Shown here: positions 33,349-42,082 of the stretch, piece by piece
How positions within the stretch are numbered: position 1 is the first letter of the stretch
How the letters are laid out: every line of letters starts with the position of its first letter
From: an uncultured Candidatus Binatia bacterium
GTDB lineage: Bacteria; Desulfobacterota; Binatia; UBA9968; JAJDTQ01
Length of the DNA: 64,000 nt
Assembly: GCA_965215605.1 (NCBI GenBank)
Contig: OZ244070.1
Coordinates: 2,464,001-2,528,000, forward strand
Direction of reading: 5' to 3'
Position numbers and translations under genes: made by a program
The notes under the pieces: model-generated
Told to the model about the DNA's origin: nothing
What the model saw: only the letters and a program-made list of their open reading frames with translations
The model's database searches: none

Positions 33349-33800
33349 CAGACCCCCTTCGCGGCCGTGCGGACCGCCGCGAAGATCCGCTGGTAGGTGC
33401 CGCAACGACAAATGTTGCCGAACATGCCGTTCACGATCTCTTCGTCGCTGGGGTTGGGGGTCTTGTTGAGCAGCGCCGCCGCCGACATGATCTGCCCGGA
33501 CTGGCAGTAGCCGCACTGGGGCACGTTGTGGGCGCGCCACGCCCGCTGCACGGGGTGGTTGCCGTCCGCGTCGAGCCCCTCGATGGTGGTCACTTCGGCG
33601 CCGTCGGCCTCCGATACCGGGGTGACGCAGGAGCGGACGGCCTCGCCGTTCACGTGCATCGTGCATGCGCCGCAGAGCGCGACACCGCAGCCGAACTTCG
33701 TGCCCGTCAACTCAAGCTCGTCCCGAACATACCAAAGAAGCGGCATGTTGGGATCGCCGTGAAACTGGCGGCTGACCCCGTTGATCTTCAGCGAAATCAT
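33348..33800 (-). CDS. 2Fe-2S small subunit (IorA-like)
   Basis: [33 protein letters not shown]. Confidence 0.92.
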   Translation of the reverse strand: MISLKINGVSRQFHGDPNMPLLWYVRDELELTGTKFGCGVALCGACTMHVNGEAVRSCVTPVSEADGAEVTTIEGLDADGNHPVQRAWRAHNVPQCGYCQSGQIMSAAALLNKTPNPSDEEIVNGMFGNICRCGTYQRIFAAVRTAAKGV

Positions 33801-34008
33801 CCCAACTGGCTCCCTGTGGTCGCTGATCGACCCCATACCGGGTCGTCCGGCTTGATGGAATTCCTCTCCCTCTGAACAAACTGCTTTCTCATGTCATGAT
33901 GACGAGAAACGGTCAAGGTATGGACGCCTCCATTGCGGAATATGCCGGGAATTTACGGGACACGACACTGGCATGGTGGGCCCCGAAGGACGCAACTCCG
34001 GCCGACGC

Positions 34009-34743
34009 TCACCGGGCCTTGAACACGATGTCGCCGAAGTATGCGACCGCCGACTCGCCGGTGTTGTCGGTATCGGTCATCACCGCCACGCCGGAGACCC
34101 GCGGCGGGTCCCCGCCGAACGCCTTGCGGTAGTCCTCGACGAGATTCCGCGATTCGCTGACCCACCGGCCGGCCTTGGCCTTGCCGCTCTCCACCACGAT
34201 CATCCGGACCCGGTCGGTGTAGGGGTTGGGGACGATGGTCCCCACCGGGCTCCTGCTCTCCCAGATGTAGGTGATGGCGCCCATGGGCGGGTATTCGCCC
34301 TGGGCCAACCGGATGGCCTCGTACTTCGCCCGTTCGAACATGCCCACCTTGCTGCTGTCATACCTGAACGTGATGTACACCCGGGCCGGGTAGTCGTCGC
34401 CGTCCTTCCGGGTGACGTCGCCCTTATCGAGGATGTTTTCGACCTTCCAGCGCCACTCGACCACGGGATAACGCATGGGGTCGAAGTCCACCTTGCGCAC
34501 CAGCCCCGAGGCCGAGCCCCGGCTCACCGCCTTGACCGCCACGGTGCCGCCGTCGTCAACCAGCGAGTATTCCGTGTGCTTCTCGATCTTGTCGAAGGTC
34601 AGCGGCTCCCAGGATTCCGGGAAGGGACCGCCGGCCTTGGCGGCCGAGAACTTCCCGATATCCAGCAACGCCGGCGATTGCGCTCCGAGGGTCGCCGCCG
34701 CCAGGACCACGGTAAGGGCTGTCAGCATGTACCAAATTGGCAT
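34009..34743 (-). CDS. Exported DUF3047-family protein
   Basis: Signal peptide; SASGL, WRWKV, GDDYPARVY, YIW, VMTDTDNTG. Confidence 0.8.
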   Translation of the reverse strand: MPIWYMLTALTVVLAAATLGAQSPALLDIGKFSAAKAGGPFPESWEPLTFDKIEKHTEYSLVDDGGTVAVKAVSRGSASGLVRKVDFDPMRYPVVEWRWKVENILDKGDVTRKDGDDYPARVYITFRYDSSKVGMFERAKYEAIRLAQGEYPPMGAITYIWESRSPVGTIVPNPYTDRVRMIVVESGKAKAGRWVSESRNLVEDYRKAFGGDPPRVSGVAVMTDTDNTGESAVAYFGDIVFKAR

Positions 34744-34776
34744 TCAAGGCCTCCAATTTGTATAGTACCCGCACCC

Positions 34777-35940
34777 ATGATGGATTTCACCCTGACCGAG
34801 GACCAGGTGCAACTCCGGGAGGAGATCCGCAAGGTCTGCCAGGACTATTCCGACCCTTACTGGCGGGAGGTGGACGCCAGGGGCGAGTACCCCGAGGCGT
34901 TCGTGCGCAAGCTCACGGAGTTGGGCTGGCTGGCGGCGCTGATCCCCGAGGAGTACGGCGGCATCGGCTTGGGGATCACCGAGGCCAGCATCATCCTGGA
35001 GGAGATCAACCGCTGGGGCGGCAACGCCACCGCGTGCCACGCGCAGATGTACACCATGGGGACGGTGCTGCGGCACGGCAGCGAGGAGCAGAAGCGGCGC
35101 TACCTGCCCGGGGTGGCCAGCGGCGCGCTGCGCCTCCAGGCCTTCGGCGTCACCGAGCCCGACTCCGGCTCCGAAACCACGCGCATCCGCACCACCGCCG
35201 TGCGCAAGGGCGACCGCTACGTGGTGAACGGGCAGAAGATCTTCATCTCGCGGGTGTTGCAGTCGGACCTGATGCTGCTGCTGGCGCGCACCACTCCCTA
35301 CGACGAGATCACGGACAAGACCCGCGGGCTGTCGGCATTCCTCGTGGACCTGCGGGAGGCGGGCCAAGCGCTGGAGGTGAAGCCTCTGGACATGATGATC
35401 AATCATCATACCAACGCGCTTTTCTTCTCCGATCTCGAGGTCCCGGTGGAGAACCTCATCGGCGAGGAGGGCATGGGCTTCCGCTACATCATCGACGGCT
35501 GGAACGCGGAGCGCATCCTGATCGCCGCCGAGGCGGTGGGGGACGGGCACTGGTTCGTGGACCGGGCGGCGCGCTACGCCGACGAGCGGCAGGTGTTCGG
35601 CCGGCCCATCGGCGCCAACCAGGGAATCCAGTTTCCCATCGCCCAGGCCTACGCCCACATCGAGGCGGCGGACCTGGTGCGCTATCACGCGGCCTCGAAA
35701 TTCGACCGCGACGAGCGCTGCGGCGCCGAGGCCAACATGGCCAAGCTGCTGGCCTCGGAAGCGTCGTGGGAGGCGGCCAACGCCTGCATGACCACCCACG
35801 GCGGCTACGGACTGTCGGTGGACTACGACGTCGAGCGGAAGTTTCGCGAAACCCGGCTCCTGACCATCGCGCCGGTGAGCAACAACCTGGTGCTGGCCTA
35901 CCTGGGCCAGCACGTGCTGGGCATGCCGCGTTCCTACTGA
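34777..35940 (+). CDS. Acyl-CoA dehydrogenase
   Basis: IPEEYGG, HAQMYTMG, AFGVTEP, NGQKIFISR, RQVFGRPIGANQG, HGGYG; ATG 34777 or 34780. Confidence 0.93.
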   Translation: MMDFTLTEDQVQLREEIRKVCQDYSDPYWREVDARGEYPEAFVRKLTELGWLAALIPEEYGGIGLGITEASIILEEINRWGGNATACHAQMYTMGTVLRHGSEEQKRRYLPGVASGALRLQAFGVTEPDSGSETTRIRTTAVRKGDRYVVNGQKIFISRVLQSDLMLLLARTTPYDEITDKTRGLSAFLVDLREAGQALEVKPLDMMINHHTNALFFSDLEVPVENLIGEEGMGFRYIIDGWNAERILIAAEAVGDGHWFVDRAARYADERQVFGRPIGANQGIQFPIAQAYAHIEAADLVRYHAASKFDRDERCGAEANMAKLLASEASWEAANACMTTHGGYGLSVDYDVERKFRETRLLTIAPVSNNLVLAYLGQHVLGMPRSY

Positions 35941-35955
35941 GCGAGAGACACGACC

Positions 35956-36834
35956 ATGGACCTGCAACGTTCCTGGATGTTCGTGCCGGGCCACCGGCAG
36001 CGGATGATCGACAAGGCCCTGGGGCTGGACGCCGACGCCCTCATGCTGGACATCGAGGACGGCGTGGCCCCGGCGGAAAAGGATCAGGCGCGGCGGCTCA
36101 TCGGCGAGGCCCTGGGCCGGGAGCGGGCGCCCCGGGAGCCGCTCCGGTACGTGCGCATCAACGCCATCGGGCACCAGCGCATGGCAGACGATCTGGCGGC
36201 GGTGCTGCGGCCGGGGCTCGACGGGCTGGTGCTGCCCAAGGTGGAATCGCCGGAAGAGATCGCCACGGTGGAGTCCCTGGTGGCGGACCACGAAAGGGCC
36301 ACCGGCGGGACGGTGAAGCTGCTGGTGGCCATCGAGAGCCCCCGGGGACTCCTGGCGGCTCCGGCCATCGCCGGGTGCTCGCCTCGCGTCGTGGGGCTCA
36401 TGTTCGGCGCGGAGGACTTCGGCCGGGAACTGGGCCTGCCCGCGTCCCGCGAGGGGGAGGCCCAGGAGCTGCTCTACGCCCGCTCGGCGCTGGTGGTGGC
36501 GGCGGCTTCGGCCCATGTCCAGGCGGTGGACGGGGTCTGGGTGGATCTTCAGGATCCGGACGGGTTGGCCCGGTTCGCCCTGCAATCCCGGCGCCTGGGC
36601 TTCAGCGGCATGTCGTCCATCCATCCGTCCCAGATCGCGCCCATCAACGGCGCCTTCAGCCCCGGCCCCGAGGAGGTCGACTACGCCCGAAAGGTCATCG
36701 CGGCGTACGAGGAGGCCGCCGCCCGGGGCGACGGCTCGGTGGCCTTCGGCGGCCAGCTCATCGACCGGCCCATCATCGAACGGGCGCGCCGGACCCTGGA
36801 TCTTGCCGAGACCCTGGGCGTTGCGGACCCATGA
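35956..36834 (+). CDS. CitE/HpcH-family CoA-ester lyase
   Basis: RSWMFVPG, LDIEDGVAP, VRIN, LPKVES, IESPRG, FGAEDF, IHPSQI. Confidence 0.9.
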   Translation: MDLQRSWMFVPGHRQRMIDKALGLDADALMLDIEDGVAPAEKDQARRLIGEALGRERAPREPLRYVRINAIGHQRMADDLAAVLRPGLDGLVLPKVESPEEIATVESLVADHERATGGTVKLLVAIESPRGLLAAPAIAGCSPRVVGLMFGAEDFGRELGLPASREGEAQELLYARSALVVAAASAHVQAVDGVWVDLQDPDGLARFALQSRRLGFSGMSSIHPSQIAPINGAFSPGPEEVDYARKVIAAYEEAAARGDGSVAFGGQLIDRPIIERARRTLDLAETLGVADP

Positions 36835-36838
36835 CGGC

Positions 36839-36863
36839 GTAGGGGCGGGTTGCAAGCCCGCCC
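36839..36863 (+). repeat. GTAG-type REP-like palindrome, copy 2
   Basis: GTAGGGGCGGGTTGCAAGCCCGCCC just after the lyase stop. Confidence 0.65.
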
Positions 36864-36913
36864 GCCCCCGGTCCACCGGATGCGCCCGCGCGCAACATGA
36901 GGAGTACAAGGCC

Positions 36914-37729
36914 ATGCCCCAGGTAGAGAACGCCGAGAACCTCCGCTGCCTTACTGCCACCAACCCGGGTTATATGACCCTCCGGGGAACCAACCAGTAT
37001 CTGCTGGGTGACCGGGAGATCACCGTCATCGACGTCGCCCTCGGTTCGGACGAGAACCTCGACGGGCTGCTGGCCGAGATGGAGGCGCTGGGCGGCACCC
37101 GCATCACCCGGATACTGCTGACCCACATCCACATGGACCACTGCGGCGGCGCGCTGGCGCTGAAAGAGCGGACGGGCGCCGAGGTGGGCATCTCACGGGT
37201 GCGCGCCGGCCATCTCGGCGGCGAGGACTTCACCTACGACGAGGGAGACCGCATCCCGTATGACGGCGGCGAGCTGGAGGTGGTGTTCACTCCGGGCCAC
37301 GAGGCCGGGCATTGCTGCTTCTACGAGCGGGAAAAGAAGATCCTCTTCTCCGGAGACCACATCCTAGGCAAGGGCACCACGGTGGTGCCGGCGGGCGAAG
37401 GGAACATGCTCCACTACATGGAGTCCCTGGAGAAGCTCCTTTCGCTCGACATCGAGTTGCTGCTTCCCGGTCACGGCCCGTTCGTGACCGAGCCCATGGC
37501 CAAGATCCGGGAATACATCGACCACCGGCTCATGCGGGAGGACCAGATCCTGCAGGGTCTCCGGGACGGACGCCATTCCATCGGCGACCTGGTGGCGGTC
37601 ATATACGTGGACTACCCGCAGGCGTTGATGCGGGTGGCCCACTCGTCCGTGGAAGCCCACCTGTTGAAGCTCGTGGCGGAGGAACGGGTTCGCCGGGAAG
37701 GCGACCGGTACTTCCCGTGCAACGAGTGA
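36914..37729 (+). CDS. MBL-fold metallo-hydrolase with C-terminal winged helix (LACTB2-like)
   Basis: NPGYMTLRGTN, THIHMDH, TPGH, FSGDH, LPGHG; ATG 36914 after GAGGAG. Confidence 0.88.
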   Translation: MPQVENAENLRCLTATNPGYMTLRGTNQYLLGDREITVIDVALGSDENLDGLLAEMEALGGTRITRILLTHIHMDHCGGALALKERTGAEVGISRVRAGHLGGEDFTYDEGDRIPYDGGELEVVFTPGHEAGHCCFYEREKKILFSGDHILGKGTTVVPAGEGNMLHYMESLEKLLSLDIELLLPGHGPFVTEPMAKIREYIDHRLMREDQILQGLRDGRHSIGDLVAVIYVDYPQALMRVAHSSVEAHLLKLVAEERVRREGDRYFPCNE

Positions 37730-37756
37730 ATATCGCGATCACTGAGGTGTCGTTCG

Positions 37757-37990
37757 GTGGTGGAGGACAGCAGCAGCCACGGGCGGCTCGACATGGCGGT
37801 GCGGTTCGCTGGGCACGTCTATCTGTTCGAGTTCAAGGTGGTGGAACAGGCGGGAGCGGCGCTGGCGCAACTGAAGGCGCGGGGCTACGCCGACAAGTAC
37901 CGGGCCACGGGCGAGCGGATCCACTTGGTGGGTGTGGAATTCAGCCGGACATCCCGCAACGTCACCGCGTTCGACGTGGAGGCGGCGTGA
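37757..37990 (+). pseudogene. Isolated C-terminal PD-(D/E)XK fragment of an AAA-ATPase/nuclease family gene
   Basis: EDSSSHGRLDMAV...YLFEFKVV...ALAQLKARGYADKY...LVGVEFS; only 77 aa with no ATPase part. Confidence 0.65.
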
Positions 37991-38024
37991 AGCCGACCAT
38001 TGTAGAGCTTGACCCTGTGGGTCC

Positions 38025-38726
38025 TCACTGCTTCGCCACCGGCGGCCACTTCTCCACGAGCACTGCGGGAATTCCCTCGCGGGACAGGCGGGCGGCGTAT
38101 TCCCTGGCCGCCTCGGCCCCGGTGAAGGTGCCGAGGCGGACCCGGAAGAGACTCTCGTGGGGCTCGATCACCACGGGCCTGTCGTGCCGGCTCTCCAGCC
38201 GGGCTTTCAACTCACGGGCCTTGTCGAGGTCCGAGAACGCCCCCACCTGCAGGGTGTAGTCCAGATGGTCGGGAATGGCGGTGAGCGGCTGGCCGCCGGT
38301 GTCCAGGACATCCACCCGCACCGGCGCGGTTCCCGGGCCGATCATGTCCACCTGTCGGGCCGCGGCGTAGGAGAGGTCGATGATCCGTCCTTTGGCGAAG
38401 GGTCCCCGGTCGTTGATCAGCACGGTCACCGACTTGCCGTTGGCAAGGTTGGTGACCCGCACGTTGGAGCCCAGCGGCAGGGTCGGGTGCGCGGCGGTCA
38501 TGCCGTGCTGGTCGTAGACGGTCCCGCTGGTGGTCTTCTTGCCGTGAAAGCCGGGTCCGTACCAGGACGCGACGCCTTCTTGCGTGAGCGGCGCGGCGGG
38601 CGGCGTGGAAGCGATGGGCGGCGGCGGCGGTGCCGGAGGCTCCGGCCCGTAGGGGGCGCAGGCGTAAACCAGAACCAGGGCGGCGGCGGCCCACGGGGCG
38701 AGGCCACGGAGGCGTGCAGGAACCAT
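38025..38726 (-). CDS. rlpA: Septal ring lytic transglycosylase RlpA-family lipoprotein
   Basis: Lipobox-like VYAC, Pro-rich linker, GVASWYGPGFHG, TAAHPTLP, INDRGPF, IIDLSYAAA, SPOR domain (LQVGAF). Confidence 0.9.
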   Translation of the reverse strand: MVPARLRGLAPWAAAALVLVYACAPYGPEPPAPPPPPIASTPPAAPLTQEGVASWYGPGFHGKKTTSGTVYDQHGMTAAHPTLPLGSNVRVTNLANGKSVTVLINDRGPFAKGRIIDLSYAAARQVDMIGPGTAPVRVDVLDTGGQPLTAIPDHLDYTLQVGAFSDLDKARELKARLESRHDRPVVIEPHESLFRVRLGTFTGAEAAREYAARLSREGIPAVLVEKWPPVAKQ

Positions 38727-38735
38727 CGAGGTTGG

Positions 38736-38746
38736 ATTATACCGCA
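38736..38746 (-). promoter_or_regulatory. Sigma70-type -10 element for rlpA
   Basis: Minus strand TGCGGTATAAT; perfect TATAAT ends 9 nt before the ATG. Confidence 0.45.
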
Positions 38747-38901
38747 ATATCGGCTGCATGTAAGCGGTAACCCGGCCGGCGGCTCCGTTTACGGGGCGTG
38801 GTGTATTGTGGTACTTTTTTACTTGCGGGCTTGGTCCGGAGGGCGGGTCCGCAAGCGGTCCCGGCAACGGGACCAGTCCCGTTGGAGGAGAGTGTCGCGT
38901 C

Positions 38902-39648
38902 ATGTCCGGACATTCCAAGTGGAGCACCATCAAGCACAAGAAGGCGGCGAAGGACGCCAAGCGGGGCAAGCTGTTCACCAAGTTCATCAAGGAGATTACG
39001 GTGGCGGCCCGCATGGGCGGGGGCGATATCACGAGCAACCCGCGTCTGCGCACCGCCGTCCAGACCGCCCGTGACAACAGCATGCCCAACGAGAACATCG
39101 AGCGCGCCATCAAGAAGGGGACCGGCGAGCTCGAAGGGGTGTCCTACGAAGAGGGGAGCTACGAGGGGTACGGCCCCGGCGGAGCCGCCTTTCTGGTGCA
39201 GGTCCTGACCGACAACCGCAACCGGACGGTGTCGGACATCCGGCGCATGTTCAACAAGCACGGCGGGAGTCTCGGCGAGACGGGCTGCGTGGCGTGGATG
39301 TTCGACAACAAGGGACTCATCGTCGTGTCCAAGGAGGCGGTGGATGAGGAGGCATTGCTGGGGCTCGCCCTGGAAGCCGGCGCCGAGGACGTCAACGAGA
39401 GCGACGACGTGTTCGAGATCGTCACCCAGCCCGAGGACTTCGCCACGGTGCGTGAGAGCCTCGACAGCGGCAACGTCCCGGTGGTGTCGGCCGAGGTGAC
39501 CATGATCCCCAAGACCACCACCACGCTCGGCGGCAAGGAAGCCGAGCAGACCCTCAACCTCACCGAGGACCTCGAGGACCACGACGACGTTCAAAGCGTC
39601 GCGGCCAACTTCGACATTCCGGACGAGATCATGGAGAAGGCCGGTTGA
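38902..39648 (+). CDS. yebC: YebC/PmpR-family protein
   Basis: [42 protein letters not shown]. Confidence 0.95.
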   Translation: MSGHSKWSTIKHKKAAKDAKRGKLFTKFIKEITVAARMGGGDITSNPRLRTAVQTARDNSMPNENIERAIKKGTGELEGVSYEEGSYEGYGPGGAAFLVQVLTDNRNRTVSDIRRMFNKHGGSLGETGCVAWMFDNKGLIVVSKEAVDEEALLGLALEAGAEDVNESDDVFEIVTQPEDFATVRESLDSGNVPVVSAEVTMIPKTTTTLGGKEAEQTLNLTEDLEDHDDVQSVAANFDIPDEIMEKAG

Positions 39649-39667
39649 CGCCGTCGGAGAACGAGAT

Positions 39668-40231
39668 ATCGAAACCATCCTGGGCATAGACCCCGGAACC
39701 CTCAAGACCGGGTGGGGCTTGATCCGCGCGGACGGCAACCGCCTGGAACACGTGGCCCACGGCACGGTCCGTACGTCCCCCAGCCAATCCCAGGACCGGC
39801 GCCTCCACCGGATATTCACCGAGCTGGCCAAGGTCATCCGGGAGCACGAGCCCGGGCACGTCAGCCTGGAGAAGGTCTTTCTGGCGCGCAATGTGCAGAG
39901 CGCATTCAAGCTCGGCCAGGTGCGCGGGGTAGCCCTGCTGGCGGCGGCGGAACGCGGTGTCGCCGTCTCCGAATACAACGCGGTCCAGGTCAAGAAGGCG
40001 TTGACCGGGTACGGCCACGCGGGCAAGGGCCAGATACAGCAAATGGTGACGGCCATCCTGGGGCTGCCCGGCGAACCCGAGGAGGATGCCGCCGACGCTC
40101 TGGCGGCCGCCATCTGCCACGGTCATCTGCACGCGTTCGGAGCCGGCGTCCTGGCCGGCACGGCCCGGCGGGGGAGAAGCTCCCGCGGGTTGCGCTGGCC
40201 GGCGGACACGCTGTCTGGCGGCAAGGGCTGA
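39668..40231 (+). CDS. ruvC: Holliday junction resolvase RuvC (start uncertain, see findings)
   Basis: ILGIDPG at about 39677, LEKVFLARN, KLGQVRG, VKKALTGYGHAGK, DAADALAAAICH. Confidence 0.9.
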   Translation: METILGIDPGTLKTGWGLIRADGNRLEHVAHGTVRTSPSQSQDRRLHRIFTELAKVIREHEPGHVSLEKVFLARNVQSAFKLGQVRGVALLAAAERGVAVSEYNAVQVKKALTGYGHAGKGQIQQMVTAILGLPGEPEEDAADALAAAICHGHLHAFGAGVLAGTARRGRSSRGLRWPADTLSGGKG

Positions 40232-40287
40232 AGGATGCGCGGTCTTCCATTGCCCGCAGCGCCGGCCGGTCCGGACGGAGTTCCATC

Positions 40288-40872
40288 GTGATCGCCAAGG
40301 TTCGCGGAATACTGGACCACAAGGCGCCGGGCGAGGTCATCGTGGACGTCGGCGGCGTCGGTTATCAACTGTTCACGGCGCTCAGCGTGTTCTACCGCTT
40401 GCCCGAGGTGGGGCAGCCGGTGACCCTGCTCGTGTACACCCATGTCCGGGAGGACGCCCTCCAGTTGTTCGGCTTCTACGACCCCGCGGAGAAACAGGCA
40501 TTCATGCTGCTGACCGGGGTGTCGGGCATCGGCCCCCGGCTGGCCCTCAACATCCTGTCGGGGATGGCGGCCGGGGAGCTGTTGGACGCCCTCCGGGAGG
40601 GCGACGTCGCCCGGCTGGTGTCGATACCGGGGGTGGGCAAGCGGCTGGCGGATCGCATGATCGTGGAGCTGCGTGATAGGATAGAAGCTCTGCCGGATGC
40701 CGCCCCGGAGGCGGCGGCCGCTCCCGGGATCCGGGGCGACGCGCTGTCGGCGCTGGTGAACCTCGGCTACCGGCGCCCGGATGCGGAGCGGGCCGTGCGT
40801 CAGGTGCTGGGCAACGGCGCCTCCGAGTTGGAAACGGTGCTCAAGGAAGCCCTGCGCCTGCTCAGCCTCTAG
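40288..40872 (+). CDS. ruvA: Holliday junction branch migration protein RuvA
   Basis: GTG start, [51 protein letters not shown]. Confidence 0.95.
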   Translation: MIAKVRGILDHKAPGEVIVDVGGVGYQLFTALSVFYRLPEVGQPVTLLVYTHVREDALQLFGFYDPAEKQAFMLLTGVSGIGPRLALNILSGMAAGELLDALREGDVARLVSIPGVGKRLADRMIVELRDRIEALPDAAPEAAAAPGIRGDALSALVNLGYRRPDAERAVRQVLGNGASELETVLKEALRLLSL

Positions 40873-40900
40873 CGTCACCGGATTCAGCGGAACCGCGTTC

Positions 40901-41938
40901 ATGGAAAACAGAGCCATCTTGCCCGCGGGCACCGAGGAGGACGTCCTCTACGACTCGAGCCTCCGCCCCCGGCGTTTCAGCGAATACTTCGGACAGGAGA
41001 AGGTCAAGGCCAACCTCGGGGTGGCCATCACGGCCGCCAAACGGCGCGGCGACGTGCTGGACCATCTCCTTTTCCACGGCCCTCCCGGCCTGGGCAAGAC
41101 CTCTCTGGCCCATCTGATCTCGAGGGAGATGGAGGTGGAGATACGGCCCACCTCCGGTCCGGTGGTGGAGCGGCCCGGAGATCTGGCCGCGCTGCTTACC
41201 AACCTCGACGTCGGCGACATCTTGTTCATCGACGAGATTCACCGCCTCAACCACATTGTGGAGGAGGTGCTGTACCCGGCCATGGAGGACTTCCAGGTGG
41301 ACGTGATGATCGGGCAGGGGCCCGGCGCCAAGTCCATCAAGCTGGAACTCAAGCGGTTCACGCTCATCGGCGCCACCACCCGTTCCGGCCTCCTGACCCC
41401 GGCGTTGCGCAACCGGTTCGGCGCCGTGTTCCGCCTCGACTTCTACGAGCCGGAGGTGTTGGCGAAGCTGCTTGCCCGGTCCGCGGCGCTGCTGGGCGTG
41501 GGCGGCGACGACGCCGGCTTCATGGAGATCGCCCGCCGCTCCCGCGGCACGCCGCGTATCGCCAACCGGCTGCTGCGCCGCGTCCGGGACTACGCCGAGG
41601 TCCACGGCGAGGGCAGGGTCACCCGGCCGGTGGCCTGTCAGGCCCTGGAGATGCTGGAGGTCGATGAGCAGGGTTGCGACAAGATGGACACGCTCCTCCT
41701 AACCACCATCATCGACAAGTTCGACGGCGGCCCCGTGGGACTGGACACTCTGGCGGCGGCCATCGGCGAGGAGCGGGGCACGGTGGAGGACGCCTACGAG
41801 CCGTACCTCATCCAGGCGGGCTTCCTGGAGCGCCGGCCCCAGGGCCGTGTGGCCACGCCGGTGGCGTACCGGCACCTCGGGCGGTCGCAGTCGGCGGCGC
41901 GCGTGGACAGGGAGAAGCGGCAGAAACGGCTCTTGTAG
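40901..41938 (+). CDS. ruvB: Holliday junction DNA helicase RuvB
   Basis: [52 protein letters not shown]. Confidence 0.96.
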   Translation: MENRAILPAGTEEDVLYDSSLRPRRFSEYFGQEKVKANLGVAITAAKRRGDVLDHLLFHGPPGLGKTSLAHLISREMEVEIRPTSGPVVERPGDLAALLTNLDVGDILFIDEIHRLNHIVEEVLYPAMEDFQVDVMIGQGPGAKSIKLELKRFTLIGATTRSGLLTPALRNRFGAVFRLDFYEPEVLAKLLARSAALLGVGGDDAGFMEIARRSRGTPRIANRLLRRVRDYAEVHGEGRVTRPVACQALEMLEVDEQGCDKMDTLLLTTIIDKFDGGPVGLDTLAAAIGEERGTVEDAYEPYLIQAGFLERRPQGRVATPVAYRHLGRSQSAARVDREKRQKRLL

Positions 41939-42082
41939 CGCTCACGGGAGCCCGTATCGACGGTGGCGTCGACACCGGCGCGGGGGACGGCTTGCCGGCC
42001 GGCGGGCGACGTCATTTCCTTTGTGCTTTGCGGGTGGAAGCGATAGAACGGTGTGACACGGGAGGCGGATCGAGCCACTCCG

